Positions 8,577-17,861 of a stretch of 38,152 bases of DNA are shown here, one piece after another; the stretch's first letter is position 1; every line of letters begins with the position of its first letter. The translations under genes and the position numbers were made by a program. This stretch comes from Candidatus Uhrbacteria bacterium (lineage in GTDB: Bacteria > Patescibacteriota > Patescibacteriia > 2-12-FULL-60-25), in contig WJLP01000096.1 in assembly GCA_014728435.1 (NCBI GenBank), positions 1 through 38,152 of the forward strand, read 5' to 3'. The notes beneath the pieces were generated by a model. That model saw only the letters and a program-made list of their open reading frames with translations. It was not told the DNA's origin and ran no database searches.

Positions 8577-8585
8577 TGATATAAT
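8577..8585 (+). promoter_or_regulatory. Extended -10 (TGaTATAAT) 10 nt upstream of ATG 8596
   Basis: tgatataat, divergent from the era promoter. Confidence 0.5.
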
Positions 8586-8595
8586 AAATTTAGCT

Positions 8596-9708
8596 ATGAA
8601 AACAGAAAATTTAGTCAAAATCATGTTAGGCGTAACCGGCCTGATATTTCTTTTAACAGCAGCAGCGATTGCAGCGATCTTTATATTTCCCAATAAAAAC
8701 GTCCCCGAACGGCAGATCTTCGTCCCTCACGAGGCTGGGCAGGTTAAAAACCAAGATCAAACAGATGTTGCGGCAGAAACACCCGAACTTATTGACGAAG
8801 AAACTGTTATGGAGAATATGGATGACGTAAGTATCTTAGAAGAGTGCCATGCTCCAACTAGAGATGAAATAGTGTATTTTGTTGATGTGCTTACGCCAAG
8901 CTCGTCATTACCCTTTATTGATTATAAAAATGTAGAACCACTTCAAGTTTGTAATTTGACCAATGATAAGCAGGTAGTAGTTTACTCATACGAAAAACTT
9001 ATCTTTCTAACAACCTTATATGTTAAGCAAAAAGCCATAAATATTGTTGGTAAAGATTATAAAACAGATGATAATCATTTTAACGAATTTTTATGCCAAG
9101 AATTATCTTTGGATGATGTAACGAGTGACAGAATAATCGGTCACTGCACCGCAAATATTCAAGGAGAGAGTAGAGATGTAAACTTTAGTATGGATTATGA
9201 ATATCATGATTGGGATGGCGTCGGATTGCCATCATATGATACGGATAGATATTATAGGCCAAGCTGGGAAACTATTGATTTTACTAATGATGAAGTTGCC
9301 GTAAAGAGCCCATCTATCATATATTGCTCAACAAGATCCAATGATGAGGAAAGATTTGAAAAAATCTTTAATCATGCTTTTGGTTATTATTACTACTGCC
9401 AGCTATCGAACGGTAATAAATTATTAGCACTTTACGGAGGAGATCATGGCGATTATGGATATGGATATCATTACTTGGCAGAATTAAACGTTTTCGGAGA
9501 TGTGGTTAATTTGTCACAACCTTTACAATGTCCTAGGCATTCAGAGTTACTTGATGTCAAAGGTCTTGAAGATGGTGTTATTACAACGTCCTGCGGGTGG
9601 GGTGATGGTCCTTGTACAAATACAACTGTGCACAAACTCAAGCTTAACAGTCTGGATTTGGTTGATACCATAAAGAAGCAATACTGCGATACCGAACACT
9701 TTAATTAA
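8596..9708 (+). CDS. N-terminally membrane-anchored, Cys/Tyr/Asp-rich extracytoplasmic protein of unknown function
   Basis: TM segment IMLGVTGLIFLLTAAAIAAIFIF followed by about 330 aa with roughly 12 Cys and GDYGYGYHY. The coding DNA is visibly more AT-rich than its neighbours. Confidence 0.7.
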   Translation: MKTENLVKIMLGVTGLIFLLTAAAIAAIFIFPNKNVPERQIFVPHEAGQVKNQDQTDVAAETPELIDEETVMENMDDVSILEECHAPTRDEIVYFVDVLTPSSSLPFIDYKNVEPLQVCNLTNDKQVVVYSYEKLIFLTTLYVKQKAINIVGKDYKTDDNHFNEFLCQELSLDDVTSDRIIGHCTANIQGESRDVNFSMDYEYHDWDGVGLPSYDTDRYYRPSWETIDFTNDEVAVKSPSIIYCSTRSNDEERFEKIFNHAFGYYYYCQLSNGNKLLALYGGDHGDYGYGYHYLAELNVFGDVVNLSQPLQCPRHSELLDVKGLEDGVITTSCGWGDGPCTNTTVHKLKLNSLDLVDTIKKQYCDTEHFN

Positions 9709-9732
9709 AAACGGACACCTAGTCCGTTTTTA
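9707..9732. terminator. Bidirectional intrinsic terminator between convergent genes
   Basis: aaaa-acggac-accta-gtccgt-ttttt. Confidence 0.7.
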
Positions 9733-9750
9733 GCTATCTGCCATCAGCTA

Positions 9751-11130
9751 TCAGCTATCAGCTTTCCGCTTGAGTGTAGTTACGGTTTCAATATGTCTGG
9801 TTTGTGGAAATAAATCTAATGGTTGAATTGATTCTATTTCATAGTGCTCCATAAAAGAGGGGAGTTCATGTTCGAGGCGATGATAATTGCAAGAAACGTA
9901 AATTATAGTCTGTGGATAAATAGGAGAGTCCTCCGATAGCAAAGTCTTAATCACCTTATGATGCAGGCCGCTTCTCGGTGGATCTAAGATTAACGTATCA
10001 GCTTCTACATCTTTCCATTCGAGCGCTTCTGCGGGGCCGGAGAAAAAACGACACCTCTCCCCTACACCATTCAAGTTCATATTTTGCGACGCAAGCTTTA
10101 TAGCTTCCTCATCCAATTCGTAGCCAATCACCTCTTCAATCTCCCCTATCTTTTTAGCAGCTGCGATTCCAAAGAACCCTAGCCCGCAATACAGATCCAG
10201 CAATTTTTTCGTCTTTGCGTCAGAAATCGCGCTAAGCACAACATCCTGCAAGCGAGCAGCCATCTTAGTATTGGTCTGAAAAAAAGAGTTTGGATGAATC
10301 TCATATGTCACATCATTCACAATCTCAGTAATAGACTCTTTACCACCCAAAACCTCAAAACTCTCCGCATACGAAAGGTCGGCCGGTTTCGGTTGCTCGC
10401 CGATAAGAAGGGACGACCACATGGGGTTCGTCCCTACGGCATTCTTTAGGCTTTGCTTAGCTTCGTTACTAAGTCTGCTCGCATCAGCAACAACTATAAT
10501 AACCATCCGCTCACCCGTCGCAACTCCATCGCGAATCACAACATATCTAACATCCCCGCTGTGGAATTTTACATCCCAGGGTTGCAAATCATGCTTTAGC
10601 ATCCACTCACGAACAATCTGTAAAATCTCACCAGCTCCAGGCTGTAGCAAATGACACTCTTTAACATCAACATATCGATTCCAACTTCCCGTTTCCTTGA
10701 GTCCAATTTCACCATTCCAACCAACCGCATAATCCATACGATTGCGATAGTAGAGCGTCTCCACCGCTGGGATTGCGTCAAGAACTTTATCCTCCAAATC
10801 CAACTTCGCAAACAACTCGCGCACTCCGCGCATCTTCTCAGCGGTCTGCGCCTCATAGCGCAAATGTTGCCAAATACAGCCGCCGCACTTTCCGGCATGC
10901 TCGCAAACCGGCTCAACTCTGTCAGCTCCGGCTTTTTGAATCTTATCAATCTCGCAAATCTTAACCGCATGATCGCGTTTAATAAAAACACACTCCAGCT
11001 CATCGCCTTTAGCAGAGTGCGGTACCGCGATGTCACGTTCAATCCCAGGAGCGATTTCAGCTTTAGCTAAACCGCGTCCTTTTTTGTCGTAACCATCTAT
11101 TTTTACTTGTAGTTTATGGCCAAATTTCAT
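9751..11130 (-). CDS. RNA (uracil-5-)-methyltransferase of the RumA/RlmD/TrmA family, with TRAM domain and Fe-S cluster
   Basis: Cys cluster CEHAGKCGGC, SAM motif LDLYCGLGFFG, DPPRSGL, and the catalytic YVSCN. Confidence 0.9.
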   Translation of the reverse strand: MKFGHKLQVKIDGYDKKGRGLAKAEIAPGIERDIAVPHSAKGDELECVFIKRDHAVKICEIDKIQKAGADRVEPVCEHAGKCGGCIWQHLRYEAQTAEKMRGVRELFAKLDLEDKVLDAIPAVETLYYRNRMDYAVGWNGEIGLKETGSWNRYVDVKECHLLQPGAGEILQIVREWMLKHDLQPWDVKFHSGDVRYVVIRDGVATGERMVIIVVADASRLSNEAKQSLKNAVGTNPMWSSLLIGEQPKPADLSYAESFEVLGGKESITEIVNDVTYEIHPNSFFQTNTKMAARLQDVVLSAISDAKTKKLLDLYCGLGFFGIAAAKKIGEIEEVIGYELDEEAIKLASQNMNLNGVGERCRFFSGPAEALEWKDVEADTLILDPPRSGLHHKVIKTLLSEDSPIYPQTIIYVSCNYHRLEHELPSFMEHYEIESIQPLDLFPQTRHIETVTTLKRKADS

Positions 11131-11207
11131 AATGTCTGAACCGTGGTTCGTATGATTTATCGATTAACCGGTTTTTTTAATAGATTCTGACTGCACGTTG
11201 TATCATT

Positions 11208-11275
11208 ATACGATGTACGCGATACGATGCACGAAGTACGATGCACGAAGTACGAAGTACGATGTACGAAATACA
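11208..11275. repeat. Degenerate tandem repeat built on gtacga(a/t)g units; gatgcacgaagtac occurs twice in tandem
   Basis: Read directly: tacgatgtacgcgatacgatgcacgaagtacgatgcacgaagtacgaagtacgatgtacgaaatac. Confidence 0.6.
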
Positions 11276-11392
11276 TACCACAAATCTCATAACAAAGAAA
11301 GATCATCGGCCGACAACCACTCTAAAGTCCGGGTCACAATGATCAGCTCAATCCCACCGTATCAGCAATCTCGAAAATCCTGTAAATCTTGG

Positions 11393-11419
11393 TAAAAAAA
11401 GACCCCCGAGCAGGGAGTC
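11393..11419 (-). terminator. Intrinsic terminator of the 244-aa orphan gene
   Basis: On the minus strand: gactccc-tgctc-gggggtc (7 bp, one G-U) followed by T7. Confidence 0.6.
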
Positions 11420-11431
11420 GAGCGCAAGCCT

Positions 11432-12166
11432 TCAGGCATTGCGTTTCTTGGGAAACCACGAGTGCGTATAGCGCGTGTCTTCGGTTACGGGCTTAACGGG
11501 CCGTGGTCTGTCCGGCTTGGGCGCGCGATAAGATCTCGCAGGTGTGGGTCGGGGATTTCGGCCCAAAAAGTCATCGCGCGACAGTGGTGGTTCGCTGTCC
11601 GGTACTCTGGGCGAGGTCGGCATCTCGCGATCCACGAAACTGCCCGTATTTCTCCTTATCTGCTGTGCGTTGTCACGCAGGACATCCAATGACGCGCAGT
11701 CATTGCGCAACAGCAGATAGTTGTTATTGCGATAATCAACAAAAACCTGTTCATGATTCTGAGCTCCGTATATCTTGCCCACCGTTACCAGGTTATGAAA
11801 TACGAACGGATCCCTCTGAGCGTCGATGTAAACGCACCACAGCGCTTTCTTTAGCGGAGGTACTTGTTCACAAAGCTCTTGCCTTGGCTTCAGGATCCCG
11901 TATGGTACGGATTCGGTCTTGATCAATAAAACAATCGCCCGCTCCAGTGTGGCTTGCTCCAGTCGGCTCACATACCGGATATAGCGTTTAAGCGCCTCTT
12001 CTTCCGGTAGATTTGGGTAGGCGTGGTCGATGAAACGCATCGGGTCCGCTCCGCAAAACAGCAGCATTTGCGCGGCTTTGTCGCGATCTTGCTCTGTAGC
12101 AAGGTTACCCTGTGGAAATAAAACTATTCTTTTCTTTTCACCATCAATAATCGACGAGGTGTGCAT
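11432..12166 (-). CDS. Orphan protein with a roughly 190-aa globular part and a Pro/Arg-rich disordered tail
   Basis: Strong AAGGAGGTG Shine-Dalgarno 5 nt before ATG 12166. The gene has its own promoter-like TTGACG-17-TGTACT and its own terminator. The coding DNA is visibly more GC-rich than its surroundings. Confidence 0.7.
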   Translation of the reverse strand: MHTSSIIDGEKKRIVLFPQGNLATEQDRDKAAQMLLFCGADPMRFIDHAYPNLPEEEALKRYIRYVSRLEQATLERAIVLLIKTESVPYGILKPRQELCEQVPPLKKALWCVYIDAQRDPFVFHNLVTVGKIYGAQNHEQVFVDYRNNNYLLLRNDCASLDVLRDNAQQIRRNTGSFVDREMPTSPRVPDSEPPLSRDDFLGRNPRPTPARSYRAPKPDRPRPVKPVTEDTRYTHSWFPKKRNA

Positions 12167-12347
12167 TACCACCTCCTTGAGGCCGGCCTCCTGTTAAGGT
12201 TCGATGTTTCAGTACAGCATTTTTTCTGCACCGCGTCAAGATTAGCACATGCGCGATTTATTCAAAATACTCGCCGATAGACATCCTGAATCATCTCCAT
12301 TAAGCTGTTAGCTAATAGCCTAAAGTTTTCCGCTATCCCATATTGTT

Positions 12348-12833
12348 ATGGATTTAGTCATTCTGGCTCACAACATTCGCTCTGCCGAAAACATTGGTTC
12401 GCTGTTTCGCGCCGCCGACGCTCTTGGCGTTCAAAAAGTCATCTTAACCGGATATTCACCGGATACGGATCATCCCAAAGTTAAAAAGACGGCTTTGGGA
12501 GCCGAATCCGCGGTCGCGCACGAAAAGTCAACAGACATTTTGCCCATACTGGATAAACTCAAAACCGAGGAGTACCATATATTGGGTCTTGAACTCGATG
12601 ACAGAGCGATAATGTTGGATGACTGCAAGCCCCAAACGCAAAAAGTCGCTCTACTGCTTGGCAATGAAGTTGATGGCATTCCCTCTTATCTCCGCGATGA
12701 GTGTGATGAGCTTGTTTACATCCCCATGCATGGCATCAAAGAATCACTAAATGTAACCATTGCAACAGCAATTACCGCATATCAACTAATAAATAACCGC
12801 ACTCGACCGCCTTTGACGGTAATTGCCAATTGA
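12348..12833 (+). CDS. SpoU/TrmH-family RNA 2'-O-methyltransferase
   Basis: NIGSLFRAADALGV, LLLGNEVDGIP and ESLNVTIATAI, the three SPOUT motifs. Confidence 0.88.
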   Translation: MDLVILAHNIRSAENIGSLFRAADALGVQKVILTGYSPDTDHPKVKKTALGAESAVAHEKSTDILPILDKLKTEEYHILGLELDDRAIMLDDCKPQTQKVALLLGNEVDGIPSYLRDECDELVYIPMHGIKESLNVTIATAITAYQLINNRTRPPLTVIAN

Positions 12834-12842
12834 TCAATAACT

Positions 12843-13604
12843 ATGCCTCACTTAAGTATCATCATCCCCACCAAAAACGAAGAGCAAAACCTTCCTAAAC
12901 TGCTTGAAAGTATCAAGTCGCAGGTATATACCGACTATGAAATCATAGTCGCTGACGCTGATTCGGACGATCGCACGCGTGATATTGCAACAGAGTTTGG
13001 CGCCAAGGTCGTGGACGGCGGCTTGCCCGGCCCCGGGCGTAACCGTGGTGCCGATGTCGCCCAAGGGCAAATATTGTTGTTTTTAGACGCGGATGTAGTG
13101 CTGGATGACCCGGAGTTTCTCAAAGCTAATCTTGAAGAAATGAAAAGCAGGGGAGTATGTGTCGGCACAACTTTCGTCAAACCCATCAGCGACAGCTATG
13201 TAGATAAAGCCATGCACGAAGTTTACAACGCATTCGCAATCGCTACCGACCGAGTTAAACCTCATGCTCCGGGTTTTTGTATCTTCATCAAACGGCACGT
13301 GCACAATGATATAGGCGGTTTTGACGAATCCGTAGTTTTTGCCGAGGACCACGAATACGTCCAGCGCGCTGTCCGTGAGGGGTACCGTTTTCGTGTTTTG
13401 CGCTCGGCTCCCATTTCTGTCTCGGTCCGCCGTTTGGAAAAGGATGGCCGCCTGGCGATCGCATTTAAGTATATGATGGCCGAATTGCATATGATGACAA
13501 AAGGCCCTTTTAAAGAAATGCCATATGAATATGAAATGGGCGGCGACCTTGAGGCTGAGCCTGAGAAGAATATCGAACAAGGAATGTCAAACTACGAATC
13601 GTGA
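12843..13604 (+). CDS. Family 2 glycosyltransferase
   Basis: LSIIIPTKNEEQNL, ADADSDD and FLDADV (DxD). Confidence 0.88.
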   Translation: MPHLSIIIPTKNEEQNLPKLLESIKSQVYTDYEIIVADADSDDRTRDIATEFGAKVVDGGLPGPGRNRGADVAQGQILLFLDADVVLDDPEFLKANLEEMKSRGVCVGTTFVKPISDSYVDKAMHEVYNAFAIATDRVKPHAPGFCIFIKRHVHNDIGGFDESVVFAEDHEYVQRAVREGYRFRVLRSAPISVSVRRLEKDGRLAIAFKYMMAELHMMTKGPFKEMPYEYEMGGDLEAEPEKNIEQGMSNYES

Positions 13605-13619
13605 TAAACGGATTACATA

Positions 13620-13628
13620 TGATAAAAT
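13620..13628 (+). promoter_or_regulatory. Extended -10 (TGaTAAAAT) 8 nt upstream of the murJ ATG
   Basis: tgataaaat followed by aatcgcaa and then ATG. Confidence 0.45.
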
Positions 13629-13636
13629 AATCGCAA

Positions 13637-15265
13637 ATGCTCAAGCTGCTTAAGAAAATCTGGAAGGTCGAATCGCCGAATATTACTTCGGCGGCTTTGT
13701 TATTGGGGCTGGCGTCGCTTGCCTCGCGCTTGGTTGGCCTCATCCGCGACCGCATGCTCGCCTCATCATTCGGCGCCGGCGACGCGCTGGATGCTTATTA
13801 CGCGGCCTTTCGCCTGCCTGATTTTTTCTATCAGCTCATAATTTTGGGTGCCATAACAGCCGGCTTTATTCCTGTCTTTACCGAATATTTACAACGCAAA
13901 GGCGATGAACAAGCTAAAGCCTTGGCCGCCAAGGTATTCTCCACAATTATGCTCGTACTGGTTGCGGTCTGTATTGCTTTTGCTATATTCGCTGATTTTC
14001 TTGTGCCTTATACCGTGCCCGGCTTTACCGGCGCGAAACTTCAAGAAACCATCAATCTGGCCAGAATACTGCTTATCTCCACAATTCTGCTTGGCATGTC
14101 GGCCGTGATGGGCGGCATCTTGCAAAGCATGCGCCGTTTTGTGGCATTTGCTTTCGCGCCCGTCCTTTACAACCTGGGCATCATCTCGGGCATTATCTTT
14201 CTGGTGCCGCTCTTCGGTGTGGCGGGCGTGGCCTGGGGAGTGGTAATCGGAGCGTTCTTCCATCTTGCCGTCCAAGCGATTGTTGCTCTGCCTCTCGGCA
14301 TGGGGCGCCCGCAGATACCCGCCTTCAAGGATAAAGGAGTCTTACAGATTATAAAGCTTACTGTTCCGCGGGTAGGCGCGCTCGCGGCCATGCAAATAAA
14401 CCTCATCGTGCTCATCGCTTTCGCCTCTTCTCTAAAATCCGGTTCAGTCGCCATCTTCAATTTGGCCAATAATTTGCAATTCGTACCCATCGGTTTAATC
14501 GGTATTTCTTTTGCCGTCGCTTCGCTGCCCGCTTTTTCCAAACTTGTTGCCGAAGGTGACATGCAGGGTTTGCGACAATCCTTTTTGGCAACCACGCGCA
14601 AAGTCTTCTTTCTAATCATACCGGCTACAGCCATCACTCTGCTTTTACGCGCGCAAATAGTCCGTATCCTCTATGGTGCCGGGGAGTTCGGCTGGGATGC
14701 GACCATTCGCACCGCCGATGTACTCGCCATGTTCGCCCTCTCTCTAATCGCGCAATCAGCGGCTCCTGTCCTAACCAGAGTCTTCTATGCCTTAAAAGAT
14801 AGTAAAACTCCATTTATCGTCGCGGCTATATCCATGACGCTTAACATAGTTATCGCTTATTTTTTCAAAGATCTCTATGGCGTCACGGGCTTGGCGGCCG
14901 CGTTCTCCATCGGGGCATTTACGCAATTCGGTCTGTTGTGGTATCTGCTGCGCAAACGTCTCGGTGGTCACCTTGAAGGCAAAGAACTTACAATTTCACT
15001 ATCAAAAACCATCCTCGCATCGCTCGCTTTATTCGGATTTGGCTGGCTGGCCCGCCAATACGTGGGCACAATCTTCCCGCTTCGAACATTCTTGCAGGTT
15101 GCGTCTCAAGCGGTCGCGGCCACTATTGTCGGAGTGGCGGCTTTTTGCACGCTGGCAACGCTCTTGAATGTTCAAGAGTTTCACGAATTCCTATCGGCCA
15201 TGAAGTCTAAGTTATTGCGCAAAGCCAAGATCTCCGAAGGCATCGATCAAGAACAGGGGATATAG
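13637..15265 (+). CDS. murJ: Lipid II flippase MurJ (MviN)
   Basis: 542 aa and polytopic, with the N-terminal signature ASRLVGLIRDRMLASSFGAGDALDAYYAAFRLPDF. Confidence 0.92.
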   Translation: MLKLLKKIWKVESPNITSAALLLGLASLASRLVGLIRDRMLASSFGAGDALDAYYAAFRLPDFFYQLIILGAITAGFIPVFTEYLQRKGDEQAKALAAKVFSTIMLVLVAVCIAFAIFADFLVPYTVPGFTGAKLQETINLARILLISTILLGMSAVMGGILQSMRRFVAFAFAPVLYNLGIISGIIFLVPLFGVAGVAWGVVIGAFFHLAVQAIVALPLGMGRPQIPAFKDKGVLQIIKLTVPRVGALAAMQINLIVLIAFASSLKSGSVAIFNLANNLQFVPIGLIGISFAVASLPAFSKLVAEGDMQGLRQSFLATTRKVFFLIIPATAITLLLRAQIVRILYGAGEFGWDATIRTADVLAMFALSLIAQSAAPVLTRVFYALKDSKTPFIVAAISMTLNIVIAYFFKDLYGVTGLAAAFSIGAFTQFGLLWYLLRKRLGGHLEGKELTISLSKTILASLALFGFGWLARQYVGTIFPLRTFLQVASQAVAATIVGVAAFCTLATLLNVQEFHEFLSAMKSKLLRKAKISEGIDQEQGI

Positions 15266-15315
15266 CTCGCACGGTAATCGATGGGTTGAGGGTTGTACCC
15301 CCGTCAACTCTCATT

Positions 15316-15321
15316 TATAAT
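15316..15321 (+). promoter_or_regulatory. TATAAT box 8 nt upstream of ATG 15330
   Basis: tataat followed by accagcat and then ATG. Confidence 0.4.
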
Positions 15322-15329
15322 ACCAGCAT

Positions 15330-16433
15330 ATGAAAACCGCACTCGCACCCCATGTCTCATACCTCGTACAACGCATCGGCGTGTCTCTTTTGCTATTTTT
15401 CGCGCTGGCAACAATTTTCGGCGCCGGCTGTAAAAGGACTCCGCCGCAAATTCCATCCGCAAATGAAAATCAACCCCCGGCAACTCAAGAAGCAAATAAT
15501 AAGCAGGATCAAGATCAACAAATGCAAGAAGTTGAAGTCGGCGACCCGGCCACTCTTGCCATCCTCCTGCTCACCCAAGAATCCCAAGTCACGGTCGCCC
15601 GCGGTGACGAAAGCACGGACGCCGTACATCAAATGGAGCTCTACGCCGGTGATGAAGTCAGTGTCATTAAAGGCGAGGCTCAACTCCTTTATCCCGAAGT
15701 CGGTATGTCCGTTCTCCCGGAAGGGACCAGAATCACCATCATCCCCGGTGAAGACGCGGAAAACGGCGGCTTTTCGTCACAAATCCTCCTTGAAGCCGGC
15801 AAAATCTGGACCAGGTTGGAACACGTGCTTGGCACGGATGAAGATTTCTCGGTCGAAGCCAGTAATGTGGTAGCCACGGTCCGCGGCACGGCCTTTGGAG
15901 TCTCGTTCGTCAACGGTGAAATCGATATCAAAGTCGCGGGCAACCAGGTTGCCGTTTCAACCCGAGAAGCTCTGAAAAATCTAAAAGAAACCGCGCAAAA
16001 AGCTGTTCTGGTTGCCTCCGGCAATGCGCTCAAAATCGACCCGGCAAATCTAAAACCCGGAGAAAACCCGCGCCCCAAACTGCTCGCAAAACTGCGCAAA
16101 GTTTCACAAACCGAAAAGAAAGATCTCTACTACAGATTCGGTACGCGTCGCCTAAACATCACTGATCTAAAAAAACCGGAACAAACATTCAAATGGTCCG
16201 CGCCCATCGGTCTCAAAGATAAGGTTAAAGAGCGCTTAACCCCCGAGCAGATCGAAAAGCTGAAAGCCATCCAAGACAAGCAAATCAGATTACGTCCCGA
16301 ATTACTGGAAGACGAGGCTCGTTTGCGAAATATTCTACAAGATTCTGTCCGCTTCCAAACTCCGCTCCGTCAGGTAATTCTTGAAGAAATGACAACCGAT
16401 GAAACGCCGTCAGCCACAGGTCCGAGCAATTGA
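15330..16433 (+). CDS. FecR-domain lipoprotein, paralogue 1
   Basis: Signal peptide with lipobox FGAGC. FecR-like core LYAGDEVSV..GEAQLLYPE..MSVLPEGT...AGKIWTR...FSVEASNVVATVRGTAFGV. Confidence 0.8.
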   Translation: MKTALAPHVSYLVQRIGVSLLLFFALATIFGAGCKRTPPQIPSANENQPPATQEANNKQDQDQQMQEVEVGDPATLAILLLTQESQVTVARGDESTDAVHQMELYAGDEVSVIKGEAQLLYPEVGMSVLPEGTRITIIPGEDAENGGFSSQILLEAGKIWTRLEHVLGTDEDFSVEASNVVATVRGTAFGVSFVNGEIDIKVAGNQVAVSTREALKNLKETAQKAVLVASGNALKIDPANLKPGENPRPKLLAKLRKVSQTEKKDLYYRFGTRRLNITDLKKPEQTFKWSAPIGLKDKVKERLTPEQIEKLKAIQDKQIRLRPELLEDEARLRNILQDSVRFQTPLRQVILEEMTTDETPSATGPSN

Positions 16434-16568
16434 GACCCGGAGTTGTCCCTCGAAGCTTTAGTGTAAGGGGATTAAATTTAATTTCATCATACTAGGAATT
16501 ATGATTAATTTGAGTTTATATTTTGGTGAATTTGGGTCCGGCGCCGTGTTGTGCTAAGCTCGCTTGGT

Positions 16569-17801
16569 ATGAAGTTAAGCAAAGTTTTACCGCTGGCACT
16601 CGCTTTGATTATTTTTGGAGCTGGTTGTAGCTGGTTTGGACAAACCGAACCAGGCTTAAAAGCGGAATTGGGCGGTTCGCTCACTCAGTCCGAAGTAGAG
16701 CGCTATAATGAGTTTCAAGATAAATTGCCCAAAGGCTTGGCTTATTTGAATATCCCAAGCGGCTCTAAAGTTTTCGTTAGCCGCGGTAAGGAACGGATGC
16801 CGGGCAAGCAAGACATGGCGCTTTATGCCGGAGACACGGTTCACGTTAACACCGGCGAAGCTAAGCTGTTATACCCGGGAAAAGGCATGTCACTCTTGCC
16901 CAAAGGCGCGGCTGTCACAATCTTGCCCGAGGGTGAGTTTGCCTCTGGTCAAGGTTTGGGTGCCTTAATTATCCTTGAAGCCGGCAAGATCTTCACTCGT
17001 TTTGAGCAAATACTCGGCCATGGCGAGGAGTTTTCCGTCCAAGTCGACAACGTGGTGGCCACGGTTCGCGGCACGGCATTCGCTGTCTTCAAAATTGAGG
17101 ACACTGTCGATATACAAGTCGCCGAATCTACAATAAAAGTTACAACTCGCGATGCCATGGATTATTTAAAACAAAGTAACTCCATGCTGGCTGATGTGGG
17201 CTGGGAGTTAAGCGCTGGCCGGCAAATCAGCCTGCAAGATATGGATGAATTCAGGGCATTGGCTCAAATTGAACCTGTCTCAGACGACAGCTTTGCTTAC
17301 TTTGACATGGATTACTATTATTCCAACCTGTTTGCCTCCGGCACGCAAGACGTCGTCATCAATACCGCAGATCGCCAAGGTTTCAACTGGATGTCGCGGC
17401 AAATGACCGCAACCGAACTCGCGATGCCGGAAAACCCTTATCACTGGACCAAGCCGCCCGTAATTGATCCGTACTATCTAAACTATATAAATCCTGAACG
17501 CTTGTCCGAATGGCAAAGTTACATTTTATGGCTGGAAACCAATCAAGATGAAGCCGCGCGCATGGAAGAAATCCGCTTGCAAATGCAATCCGAGGGCATG
17601 TTTAGCGCGCCGGTTGAATCGGCTGACAGCCAAGACGAATCACCCGCTTCAGTAAAACCTTCATCAGACGGTCCAACCGATGAACCACCTGAAAGCATAA
17701 TTTACTACGACGAAAACGGCCAGCCGCATTTTACGGATGAAGCCCTGGGAACTGATTCAAATAACGACAGCGTCGAGCTTTTGGGTGTCCCTGCTGAATA
17801 A
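16569..17801 (+). CDS. FecR-domain lipoprotein, paralogue 2, with an acidic C-terminal extension
   Basis: Lipobox FGAGC. The core LYAGDTVHV..GEAKLLYPG..MSLLPKGA...AGKIFTR...FSVQVDNVVATVRGTAFAV is collinear with paralogue 1. Start taken at ATG 16569. Confidence 0.8.
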   Translation: MKLSKVLPLALALIIFGAGCSWFGQTEPGLKAELGGSLTQSEVERYNEFQDKLPKGLAYLNIPSGSKVFVSRGKERMPGKQDMALYAGDTVHVNTGEAKLLYPGKGMSLLPKGAAVTILPEGEFASGQGLGALIILEAGKIFTRFEQILGHGEEFSVQVDNVVATVRGTAFAVFKIEDTVDIQVAESTIKVTTRDAMDYLKQSNSMLADVGWELSAGRQISLQDMDEFRALAQIEPVSDDSFAYFDMDYYYSNLFASGTQDVVINTADRQGFNWMSRQMTATELAMPENPYHWTKPPVIDPYYLNYINPERLSEWQSYILWLETNQDEAARMEEIRLQMQSEGMFSAPVESADSQDESPASVKPSSDGPTDEPPESIIYYDENGQPHFTDEALGTDSNNDSVELLGVPAE

Positions 17802-17826
17802 TTCGGTATCGTATAGCAGAAAAGGC

Positions 17827-17855
17827 TTGACATTTAAGCCTCTTTTTGTTATACA
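17827..17855 (+). promoter_or_regulatory. Near-consensus sigma-70 promoter: TTGACA, 17-nt spacer containing TGt, then TATACA
   Basis: ttgaca (17827-17832) and tataca (17850-17855), with TG at 17847-17848. Confidence 0.6.
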
Positions 17856-17861
17856 AAGCAC

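Noticed and set aside
11198-11395. A 65-aa ORF over the tandem-repeat spacer, and the possibility that the gtacgaag repeats are a CRISPR array.
   Set aside because: The ORF is a repeat-encoded Tyr/Thr/Arg string with no signals. The repeats are contiguous 7-14-nt units with no unique spacers of CRISPR size, and no cas genes are present.
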